Source: Podospora anserina (taxonomy: Eukaryota). Taken from it: a stretch of DNA of 64,000 nucleotides. Positions 23,158 through 33,961 of the stretch are shown piece after piece. How positions within the stretch are numbered: the stretch's first letter is position 1; each line of letters opens with the position of its first letter. The stretch covers positions 7,564,001-7,628,000 of the forward strand of contig CM030332.1 in assembly GCA_017654855.1 (NCBI GenBank). The letters are read 5' to 3'. The notes beneath the pieces were generated by a model, which was given only the letters and a program-made list of their open reading frames with translations, was not told the origin of the DNA and ran no database searches. Made by a program: the position numbers and the translations under genes.

Positions 23158-25726
23158 TTAAAAGAACTTGCCCTTCGTCTTCGCAATGCCTGGCGCATCC
23201 GAAGAATCATCAGCAATGGCCTCATCCCTCAACACACCACTATCAACATGCTGAGTATCGCCAACAAGCTGCTGCTGGCCACCATCCACCACAAACGGCT
23301 TGTCCAACGCATCAAACCTAACCCCCTTTCTCTTCGCACTGAAGTACTGGATGCTCAATCTCAGCCCCAGCGCCCCAAAGCCCCAGAGAATACCTCCAAC
23401 AGGGGCAGCAACAAAAGCCCCAAAGCATCCCCAATCACCGGTAAACAGACCCTGCTGCAACAGCAACAGTTCGGCACCCTTCTGCGCGTCCTGGTAGTAC
23501 ACCAATCCGAAAAGGAAAACAGTGAACAAGCCTCCCAGTCCGCCAACAACCACCTCGAACCCTCTCCAGAAGTAAAACTTCTCCGACAAGCCCAGGCACA
23601 AGACCGGGATTGTCGCCGCAGAGACAAGATCCGTGATGAGGTAAATCTGCAGAATCGACGGCGCCCTGATGGCAATAACCACGACCGGCACCATGATCAC
23701 CACCACACCGGCCCTGATCCACCAAATATTCAGCCTGTTCCTGAACAAATCGTTGCTCGCCGACGTGACCATGGCAGTCTGGAAAGAGTCGAAGGCAGCA
23801 GTGCTCAGCGTGACAGACATGACAATGACGATCCCCACCACCCAGTTGGGAAGCTGCTGTAGCAGCGCAAAAAACGCAATGCCGCCGTCGACTGGGTTCT
23901 CGAGGTCATCGCCGGGGACCAGGCCAGCCCAGACGGCGACCAGGCCAGTGCAGCCGACTAGCACGAAGATGACGAGGATAGCGACGACGGCAAGGGAGAT
24001 GCCCGTCCAGAGATCACGGTCAGTTTTGGAGGCGAAGGTGCGGAGCCAGAAGTGGGACTATGGTAGAAAGATCAGATGAAGTTAGCTATTGTTCGCTGAT
24101 GTCGCTGAAGACCCAAGAAATGCCAAGATGTATGGTTGTTCACTGAGCGGTCCTTCCATGATCTTGACCCATTCTTTTACTGGTGAATTGGCATTTTGAA
24201 ACAAACAGTGGGACAACGAAGAGACAGCAGCCAAAGGACAGATGCGACTGATGCACCTACCAGGAAGAAGCTATTGGTCAACAGAGCAACAGGCAGGATA
24301 TACACCAGCTGCCACCCCAAGAGATTGCCCTTGAGCAGCCCAGACTCTTCAATCAGACTTGTGTCAATCTTGGTCTCGACACCGATGGAGATGGTTGCAA
24401 TAACAACCAAGGCCATGACCATGGTTCCCTGGATGTTGTCGGTGAAGAACGAGATCTTGAAGCCGCCCAGCGCTACACACCACCATATCGTCAGCCAGTG
24501 CATCTTCCTTTCGTCGGCGCCAACACTTACAGGTGTAGATGGTGGTGATGATGCACTCCACAATCAAGACCGGCAACCCATCAATCCCCGCCAGCATATT
24601 CACCACCTGTCCCACAGCGCTCAACTCCGAAACCATGTACAGGAACAGCGTTACCAGCGTCATAAAACTCAGGAACAACGCCGCCGCATCTCCGTACCGC
24701 TGCCTCGTCCACTCCGTCAAGACGAATCCCTGCGGGCACTTCTTCCTGATGATCGGGCCGAGCCACGCAAAGGCAAACAGAGGCAGCGCAGAGCTTAGAG
24801 CGTAGACAATAACACCTTGGACGCCGGAAATAGTCGCCAGTTGAGGGTAGGCAAAGAGGATGGCCGAACCGAGCGCTACAAATCTTTGTTTTAGTACAAC
24901 GCAGCAGGGGTGATGGGGAGGAAGGAAGGGTAGAAATTTTGGATAGCGGCAGCACGTTCCCCACGCAAGCATTATCTTGATCGAGTTATTACGGTACAAT
25001 CTCAGCTTCGTCTTTCATCGTACCATCGCCCCGTTGAAGGGGAATGGCACAAGGTCCGACTCGGCGCCCGTAGTGAGCCGCAGTCCTTTCTTACTTCCTG
25101 ATCTCCATGACTTGGCACTAATTAGGGGGAAGACTCCCCCAGGGCAACCATTTGCCAAGAGAAAAGGAGTGGCAAGAAAGAACTTGGTGAGTTTGGGTTT
25201 TTTTGAACGAACCTAATCAGCTGCCTCCGAGGGCTTGTGATGCTGTGTGTCGACCTCATCATGTCCCCCAGGATTGCCGTATTCGCTTGCTGCGGCGTTG
25301 TATTTCTGAGGCTGTCGTCTCAATGATGCTGGATTCGTGTTTTTGGCTGCCGCTGCCATTATTCTCTTTCTGTTCCTGCTTGTCCGCTGTTCACTCACCA
25401 GAAGCGATAAAGTTCAAGGCGAGCGGGACGGCTGCTGAAATGTTAGTCTCCAACCTCACTGTGACTTCAAACAGGGCGACAGAGAAAAGAATGAAAAGCG
25501 GAAAGAAAAAAAAACTCTACCAGTCTGCGTCCGGCTGCCGGCCAAGAATTCGCCCTTGGACTGGTTTCTGAATGTCCAGGCGACGCCTGTGCCGATGATA
25601 CTGATGGACTGTCAGTTTTTGACTGTACGGTACGTGACGGCTTGGGCGACTAAGAAGAACAGACAGGAAAAGCCCATATGTCACATAGACAAGGGCGTGA
25701 GACGCCTCCCAGGATGGCTGTCCCAT
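23158..25726 (-). CDS. Sodium:solute symporter-family (DUR3/urea-transporter-like) permease, likely for thiamine or a precursor; Neurospora NCU01977-type; multi-exon
   Basis: MGQPSWEASHALVYVTYG, AVPLALNFIAS-ALGSAILFAYPQLATI, KCPQGFVLTEWTRQRYG, LGGFKISFFTDNIQG, SHFWLRTFASKTD; intronic TPP aptamer. Confidence 0.88.
24946..25080 (-). ncRNA. TPP riboswitch aptamer within intron 25398-24876
   Basis: Minus strand reads CGGCTCAC-TACGG-GCGCC...GCTGAGATTGTA-CCGTA-ATAACTCGATCAAGATAATGCTTGCGTGGGGAAC-GTGCTGCCG. This gives the CUGAGA loop, P2 TACGG/CCGTA, GAUC..AUAAUGC..GCG core and P1 closure. Confidence 0.93.
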
Positions 25727-26379
25727 GGTGATGGTGGAGGTGATGCTATGATCTTGTTCTCGAGATGGGTGTGTCGTGGATGAAGTGGCGAAGAAAGTTT
25801 ACCCTTTCGTCTGTCCAGTATCAAAGTCAAATTCAACTCTCCGCGCGGAACACTGACTGAGGATCTCTCTTATACATACTGTCTTGATGGAGCAAGAGAT
25901 GAAAATTCCCCAAGCTCCTCGTGATGTGAAAAATCCCACGCTTTTAGCAGAGATTATTGCTTCCTCACAGCGCCGGTGCCGGTGTTCAATTCTGCCAGCC
26001 TTTCCACAGTCGGATTGGTTTCGTGTGTCAACAAGCTCCAAGCCACTTGGTTCCATCTTCTCCTCGGGAAAGAATGGCCCTCTCAACATTTTCTCTCATC
26101 CCCGGTTCGCCGGTTCGTGGGGGTCTTCCCGCCATCTTTTCCAAGTGTCTCTAACACTTGTCAGTGTATATTCACATGCTAATCTGTTAGCAGAGCAACG
26201 CAGTAGGTAATCGCTAAGTGATGCCAAGCCTGCAACCCGCCAGCCCCACTGCGACGCCCAGGCTTGTCACACCTGCAAGCGAACATGCTTGACAGCTGAG
26301 AGCCGGGAAATCCCTTCGGTAGCCGAGCAAATCAACGAGCATCTGTAAGCATAGCAACAATGCTCGTAAAGATAACAAA

Positions 26380-27115
26380 AATCGTCCAGAAGTTGTCCAA
26401 GTATTACACCAGCGTTTTACACAGTAAATTATATTAGGTACAAATATTCACTACACAAAGATCAAATCGTCCAAACATGATGAAAGTACCGTTTCCACGC
26501 GCAGTCAAAGTCCTCTACACATCGTGCCAGCAGTGTGCAAAATCACAATGTAGTGTTTGTTCCCAACTATCAAAAAGAATCGTCTAAGCATATCTCCATC
26601 ATTACAAAAGTAGTGCTCCTAAATATTACCAGTCCGTTTATAAACACCATAACTTCATCCAAATATTTAAATCAGCAGGCTCTCCAAACGCTATTAAAAT
26701 TGTCCAAACATCAAATCTACAATATTAATTTTAATTTTTTTTAAAAAAATAAATAAATAAAAAACTGGCCGTTAAAATCGTCCCAAGCACATTTTTATAA
26801 TCACAAAAGCAGCGCTCCTACATATCGCAAAGTCCGTTCACAAACACCATAATTTCGTCCAAGCATCAAAACCAGCAACTGTTTACGAACACACATAAAT
26901 TTTCGTCCAAATTTTGAAATCGGCATTGTTCACAAACGGCTACTAAAACCGTACAAGCATATCCTTATGATCGCCAAAGTTGCGCTTCCAAGCTCAACAA
27001 AGTACCCGTTCCCAAACACGCATAATTTTGTCCAAAACATCACATCATATCAGAACAGTGTTCACAAGCGCCATATAAATCCCGTCCAAGCACATCCCCA
27101 TGATCACAAACATAA
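26380..27115. repeat. Degenerate AT-rich tandem array (~40 bp subunits with a CGTCCAA core in ~130-200 bp higher-order units) downstream of the Rim4-like gene
   Basis: Higher-order units begin ~26578, 26776, 26947 and 27079 (AATCGTCYAAGCAYAT..ATCACAAAAG..GCTCC); GTTCACAAAC..CATAA..CGTCCAA recurs. Confidence 0.75.
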
Positions 27116-27459
27116 ACACCACCAATGTTCACCACACACAAAGTTTAGTTTTTTTTCAAAAAAAATTAAAAATAAATAAAAACAATGCAAAGTTTCCATT
27201 TAGTGATAGGGCAGCAATTTGCCACAAGGCAATGCCCTAAGAATATCTCCTTTTGTTTTCTCCCTAATTCCTCTTTAGATCCCCCTCTCACCAGCAACGG
27301 AAAGCTCCAGCCCACCAAGCAAACTTTCCGACCAAGCTATCCCAGACAAAAAGGATATTAAAAAGAAACCCCGCCGAACCGATTCACCCAGGGTATCCAT
27401 ATGACGCCGAGAGAAACCAAATTGAGCGAAGGGGAGAGAGAAGGTGGGTGTGGACGAGA

Positions 27460-30400
27460 TTACTCCTCCACGATGTCGGCGTCCGCCGGCTGGTAAAAGT
27501 ACCGAGTGTGGTTTGGGCGAGGTTGGGCACAGCTCCGGTCGGGAGCGCGCCGCTGGGTCGGCGCAAAGGCCGGGTTGGGGTTGTACGCCTGGTGATGGCG
27601 GGTCGGGGTGTTGTTGGTGATGACCGGCCAAGCGCTCATCATGCCAGGAGGGGTGTGTCCCGGGGGGTGGACCGGGAAGCTCTGGGCAAAGCTGGGCGAC
27701 ACAGTCGCCGGGTGGACAGGCATGCCGCTCATGCCAACCGCAGCGCCATCGCCGGGGATGTACGGCATTGGGGGCATGGCGGGGCCCGCGTAGCGCTGGT
27801 AATGCTGGGGCTCGTGGTGGTGGATGGGCATCTGGTGGCCCTGGTAGCCCTGGTGGCCCTGGTTGTATCCAGAAGGGCCGTTGTTGTTATAGCGGGCCAA
27901 AGCATTGGCTGTGCTGTTGGGGCCATTGTAGATCTGGCCCGTGAAATTACCACGACGAATCGCGACTTGGTCGTCGTGGTGAGGCTGAGTCTTGTTGACC
28001 TCAGTTAGCTCATTCTTGCCGATGTAGCGGGTCGCAAGACGGGTCTTGGCTACCTTTGACTGCTTGCGCTGAACAGTCAAATGCTGGCCACGGAGGACCA
28101 TGCCATCACGGTTGTTGATGGCATAAGTCGGCGTCTCCATCTTGTCGAACTCGACAAAGCAAAACTGGCGAGCAAGAGCACCTTGGTTCACAGTCAGTTT
28201 GATGTTCAAGAGCGACTCGATATGATGGACTCACCTTCTTGGTTATGGCGCTGCACCATGTTCACCTTGATGACCTCGCCAACATCGGAAAAGATCTCAA
28301 ACATCTCCTCCTCGGTGGCGTCAAGAGGAAGGCCGCCAACGTAGATGGAGCGGCGATCGAGATCGTACTGACGGAGAAATTCTGTGTCACGATCAATGTT
28401 GCTCTTGGCAGCACGCTTGCGGACATCGAACATGTCGATGTAGTAGTCAGGGAACAGGGCAACGGCCTTGTGAGTCGTCGTCAGTAAGTACAGTAAAATC
28501 CCGGATGGACAGTCAAAGAACAGGCCTACCATGCTGAATGTTTTCTTCGAGTTGAAGCTGGAGTACTCAACCAAAACGGAAGAGGGCAAATCCATGCGCT
28601 CGCAAGTGTCGTCATCAACAACCTCAATGCTGCTGACCGTTCCGAAAGTCTCCATGATCTTGCGAGCCTCATCAATCAGGATCTCGCTGCAGTCGCGCTT
28701 GTAAATTATGAAAGATCCTTTTGACCCTCAGGTCAGCAATCACGATCAACTCCTTGGCCAACGGGATCGGAACTTACGGTTGGACTTGACCATCTCAGTG
28801 CGGCAGGGGCGGCCAAAAATGGGGACGCCGCGACCTCTCTCGATCGCATCCTTGGCCTCCTCCTCCGTCGTGTATTGGACGAAAGCAAACGGCAAGTTGT
28901 TGTGATCACGGCGGATCTTGACAAACACAGTGCCAAAGCGACTGAAGGCGCGCGTAACAGCGGCCTCAAGAGCGACATCGTCGCGGGGCTCAGCTAGACT
29001 GCAAACCCATCAACGTCAGAAAAGATGTCCAGATTGCAATGTGCTGAAGTTGGGGTGTGCAGAACCTACTTGGCGACGAAGACACACGCGGTGGACGGGT
29101 AGACGTCCTGGGGGTCAATCTCAGCGCTGTTGCCAGAATCGCTGACAGACATGGCCCAGGAAACAGAGCGAGAGGCAGAGAGGGATCCAACAGAGTCGCC
29201 AGCGACCTCGACAGCCCAGGAGACTGAGCGGCGATCGGTGGGAGAGGTCGAGGCAGTGGCCTCGGCGGCAGCAGACCTGGTGGAGGTCTGAAGGACCTCG
29301 TCATCCTCCTTCAAGGCGGCGGACGGACTACATATTGGTGACAGATGTTAGTCCATTGCGTTGGTTGTTTTTGGGAGAGGAAGAGGAGGGTGAGCTGTGG
29401 GGAAGGGGTAAATAAATAGAGGGAAGACCCCTTTTTTTCTCCGCAACTCTGATCTCATCATCGGTTACGCACACCTCTCAAAGAAAGGTTAAACCAAACC
29501 GGTGTAGGAGATGAGATGGAAAGTCGGACAGAGACCCAAGGAAATGAAGGTGTAGCAACGAAAAGTGCGAGGGACTTCGAAACGGCATTTGAAACCATTA
29601 TGCTTCTCGCTGGCTCAGGACTCCTGAAGAAAACCAAGTATTTTCCTGCGGAATCTATTCTGGAAAACCCAAAGGATTCAGAGGCATAAACCTAGGCTAT
29701 TAAAAAGCCCGGCTCTAAGCCTGCTATGGAGAGGGAAATGCACCAATGTTTGGAAAGACAGATATAACTGATGACAAAGACCAGAAACACCCTACTATCT
29801 CTCTCACCAAGGGTGTGTGTGGGATGGGAAGGAAGTGATACTCCTGTTGGGAGTTTCGTTTAATAATCCCGCCCATTTTATTTACCAAATAACCGAGTAA
29901 ATATCGGTAACTCGGCAAACAGGATGGCGGAATCATCTTACAAAACCCAACTAGTGATTGCTCGAAAGGGCAAGACTCACTTGAGCCTGCTGAAAGAGCG
30001 AGAAGAGTGGTCTGGAGATGGGATGGAAGAAGGCGAAGACTTACACAATGGGAGAGCGCGACTCGGCGGCATCATCGTTGGCCTCGACCTTGCAAGCAGC
30101 ACTGGAAGATGTCAGTACATTGACCAACAAAAAAACAAAACAAGGAAGAAAGGAAGACTTCACTCGACATGTCGCCAACACAGCCGATGTCCAATGTGCG
30201 AAGGGTATGGGGTGCGAGGAACGGAAGGAAGACGTCGACGATGCCAGGCCCGCAGATCCGGAAAGAGTACCCGACTGCGAGGCCCACCAACGCCAAGGCC
30301 GAACTTGAAGGGGTGAAAAGGGGAATAAGACGCCGAAACTGAGAGGGCAAGTCCAAGCGGACAAGATCGAAAACGTACAGGGAGGCAGCGAGCGACTCCA

Positions 30401-30614
30401 TGGCGGGAGAGGAGGCGGCGGAAAAAACTATCACAAAAGAAGTCAGCCTCACAGATCATTGGTGCCGACGGAACAGGTCTCTTCACTGACTCAGCTCATC
30501 GGAGCCGGCAACGGACGAGGGCTCGCTGGCCGAGCGGGAACGGCCAGAGGCGACAGGGCTGCTCTCGACGCCAACGACAGCTTCCTCGGACCAGGTCACC
30601 GAGGGCGAGGACAT
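27460..30614 (-). CDS. Rim4-like multi-RRM RNA-binding protein with C-terminal N/Q/H/Y/G/P-rich low-complexity domain; 8 coding exons
   Basis: Reconstructed splicing gives PSTACVFVANL...FSRFGTVFVKIRRDHNNLPFAFVQYT..EAKDAI..GRPCRTE, and DRRSIYVGGLP...FCFVEF. The first RRM resembles yeast Rim4 RRM1. Confidence 0.75.
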
Positions 30615-31231
30615 CTTGAGTTCGAGTTTGTTCTGAAGACACTTTGTTAGCGACTGGTCAATTTGGATGGAGTGATGATGAACAGTTCATGTAGGGTGAA
30701 GAAGATGATGGATGGATGGGGTGGCTGACAGCAGATGGTGGTCGATGATGGTTGAGAGTGCTCAAGAGGGTCGAGGACGAGGTGGTTGTTCGAAGGAAAG
30801 GGAAGAAAGGGAAGAAAGGGAAGGAGGGCAGCAATGAAGCAGGGAAGAAACGAAGAAGTTTGCAAACGAAAAGTTGACCCAATCGATTTACAAAGCTAGG
30901 TGGTGAGTAGCCAGAATCGTCAGGCCGCTGAGATCAACCAGTCACCTTGGCCAGAGTCGTCAGGCCACAACCACCTCAGCCAGAGCCTTGAGGCCGCGGC
31001 GACTGCTAGTCGGGCGTGGAGGCCAAAAGATGAGGTCGTAGATGGAGGTGGTTATGAGAAAAGAAAGCCATCGGAGGAAAAAATACTTACTGGTTGTTAC
31101 TTCGATCGAAATATCGAAGAAGGAATGGTGAGGGAGTTGAGGAGGGTATCATCCAAGGAAGAAGTGGGAGGACGATGGAGAGAGAAGAAGAGAGAGAGCA
31201 GGAAGATTTAAACTAAATAAAATATGGGTAT

Positions 31232-31472
31232 GATGTCGTCGACAGGTCTCGGCAGTGCGGTCTGTGGGTAGGATATCGTCGACAGTCTCGGCACTGCGGT
31301 CTGTGTGTATGGTGTTATCGATAGGTCTCGACACTGTAGTCTATGGGAAGGATGTCGTTGACAGTCTCGGCACTGTGGTCTGTGGGTATGGATGTTGTTG
31401 ACAGGTCTCGACACTGCGGTCTGTGGGCAGGATCTCGTCGATGTGTCTCGACACTGCGGCCTGTGGTGGTAG
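31232..31472. repeat. ~40-bp minisatellite x6 (GATGTCGTCGACAGGTCTCGRCACTGCGGTCTGTGGGTAG)
   Basis: Six aligned units, alternating variants, differences mostly C>T and G>A. Confidence 0.9.
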
Positions 31473-32329
31473 GAACACGAGATGCCTGACGGGAGTGTAG
31501 CCTCCAAAGCAAGGTGTTCGACCTGTGCAAAGAGGAAGTACGCATTATCAAGGCTCTTAGGTCAAGGCTTTTGGTTCAGGCATCTGTATTATTTAGCGGT
31601 AACGGGTCATGGTAAAGCAGCTATTAGATCTCAAAGCAGAGAAGACTACTGGCACTAGCCAGGCAGAATACTACGCTTTGGGAGAGGAGATGATGGGGGT
31701 AAGCCAACTGACGACTGTCTGCTGGATGAGATGACTCATTCTCAAGCAAGCACTCGATTTGAAGGCAGGAAGAGAGCAAATATTCTTCTTCTCGGTATTT
31801 TCAAGGGTCTTCAGAGGTATTATTTGAGCCAGGTTTGAGTTTTCATAATGTTAGGTACGGTGATTTGGAGAAAGTGTTGTTCCTGGAAAGGGATAGAAGA
31901 AAGTGATGCCTTTGTGCTCGTTGATATCTCATTGAGTCGCTCTCATGACTAAGGAATCACATTCACGAGTCGTTCAGGGCCCTGGGTCATATCAAGAGCT
32001 TTTTAAAGCACAGGAGGTATCTTCTAACAAGTGAGAAAGACTCTCACCAAGTCTAGAAAGGTCGTGCGATGAGACGAAAGGAAGACAAAGTGGGAGAGAG
32101 ATCTTCTGGGCGTAGGAAAAAGAATAGCTTGGACGAAGTGAAGGGGGCAGTGGAACAGAAGATAGTGCGGCAAGGCGGCAGAAGAGTCTCGTGAATACGG
32201 AAGAGGAAGAGTGACACTGCTTTAGAGAGAAGATTGTGGGTGTGATTTTGCTGAAGGACAGGGCAGCATCAACCATCGACTATCAAAGCAACAACGCCAT
32301 GCTCTACATACTGTGCAGCTACCATAGGG

Positions 32330-33150
32330 GTGTGAAAATCCCGTAAAAATTCCTCAACTTTCCTGTTTACCATAAGCTTGTTGACGACATCATCCTCCAC
32401 ATAATAGGCTGGTTGCAAGGGAGCATGAAAAGTCCGTAAAAAATCCGCAACTTCCTTGTGAACGGTAAATCACAAGATGAGCTCCGTTGACCTCTTTTTT
32501 GTTGTCTCCATGCCATAATGCACAGGGTCTCTATTTCTGTCTTGGTAGATATGCTTGAGAGTTGAAGAAGCTCAAATCCTGATACATTCTTGCATATCGT
32601 CTTAAGACTTCGGTTCTCGGTAAATTGAACCCAAGGCATCTCTCTTTGCTGGGCCTGACGATGTCATGCCCACTACAGTGGACGAGCGCCAGGGGAGGAT
32701 GAAAGTCTTGTGAAGAATTCGCAACTTCCATGTGAACGGTGCTTCATTAGACAACTTATTGGCGATGTCATTCTTCAAATAATAGGCGGGTAGCATAAGA
32801 GATTGCAAAGTCTGCGAAAACTCCGCAACTTCCTTATTTACGGCACTTCAACAATGAGGCCGTTGACGATGTCATCCGCGGAAAAGTAGGCGGGTAATAT
32901 GGGAGCGTGAAAAGTCTACGAAAAGTCCGCAACTTCCTTATATATACAGTGCTTCATAAAACAATGTCGTTAATGATGTCGCTGATGATGTCGCTGATGA
33001 TGTCGCTGATGATGTTGTTTGTGTGTTGTACTCGACATAGTAGGCGGGTGTCAGGGGGGCAGGAAGAATCCGTAAAAACTCCGAAAACTCCTTATGTGCG
33101 AGGCTTGATATCAGGGCAACATCATCCTCAGCATACTTGGCGAGTACTAT
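32330..33150. repeat. ~104-bp degenerate tandem repeat, about 6-7 copies
   Basis: Core AAA.TCCGCAACTTCCTT..GACGATGTCATC..TAGGCGGGT recurs; the central cores are spaced exactly 104 bp apart. Confidence 0.8.
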
Positions 33151-33546
33151 AGAAGTAGGAAGAGAGAATTCACATCTTTGTAGCTTTATTAAGTACCAGG
33201 CTCCAGACAGCAAGTTCATGAGAATATCACACTCATTATAATGGGTGGGTACCATAAGAAAAAGGTGCAAAGAAAAAAACACCGCTTCCTGAAAATAACA
33301 CACATTGCTTCTAATCTAGGACTAAGGGCCACTTAGGGAGTGTGCTAGGGACGATAATAACCATGAAGATACCTAATTTCATCACCTCTTGACCTCGGAC
33401 CTGGGGAAAAGTCATTGTCAATTTAATCGGCTAGACGCACAAAAGGCGGGGAGGATGATGATGCCACAAGGGGACGCATGGGGAGGCTTATGAGGCAAGG
33501 GATGGCTCTCACGGGGCACTCGGAAGAAAGAAAGGTATACCATCAT

Positions 33547-33961
33547 TGTAATTTTCTTTTTTTTCTTTTGATTATTTATTTTATTTTATTTACCTTTCCT
33601 ATCCTATCTTTCCTTTCTAACCATTCTTTTCGCTTTCGGTTTATAACTAGAGCTTGTATATATACCTCTCGGTATTTCAAATTCTAATCTTTAAGGGTAT
33701 TATATTTCACAAAATAAATCACGAATTTGTGAACGAATTGATTTAAGGCTTAGGATTAAAGTTAGGCATTTGATATATAGAGGGATTTTATTACCTCTAC
33801 CTTTATTACTATTGCGATGATATAAAAAATTATAAGGCTGGAATAGGCTATAGAAATTACCGCTAGCTATCATTACGAGTCGGCCTATACCTATCCCTAG
33901 AGAGTTTTTCATAAGATCGTTACTACTACGCAGCGATGGCCCTCGGCCAATAAACGTGACA
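33547..33961. mobile_element. Probable RIP-mutated solo LTR (415 bp)
   Basis: Sharp AT/TpA-rich island bounded by TGTAA...CGTGACA (TG..CA termini; TGTCACG on the minus strand). No clear TSD. Confidence 0.5.

Noticed and set aside
31232-31472. CRISPR-like appearance of the 40-bp array
   Set aside because: No unique spacers, no cas genes, eukaryotic context
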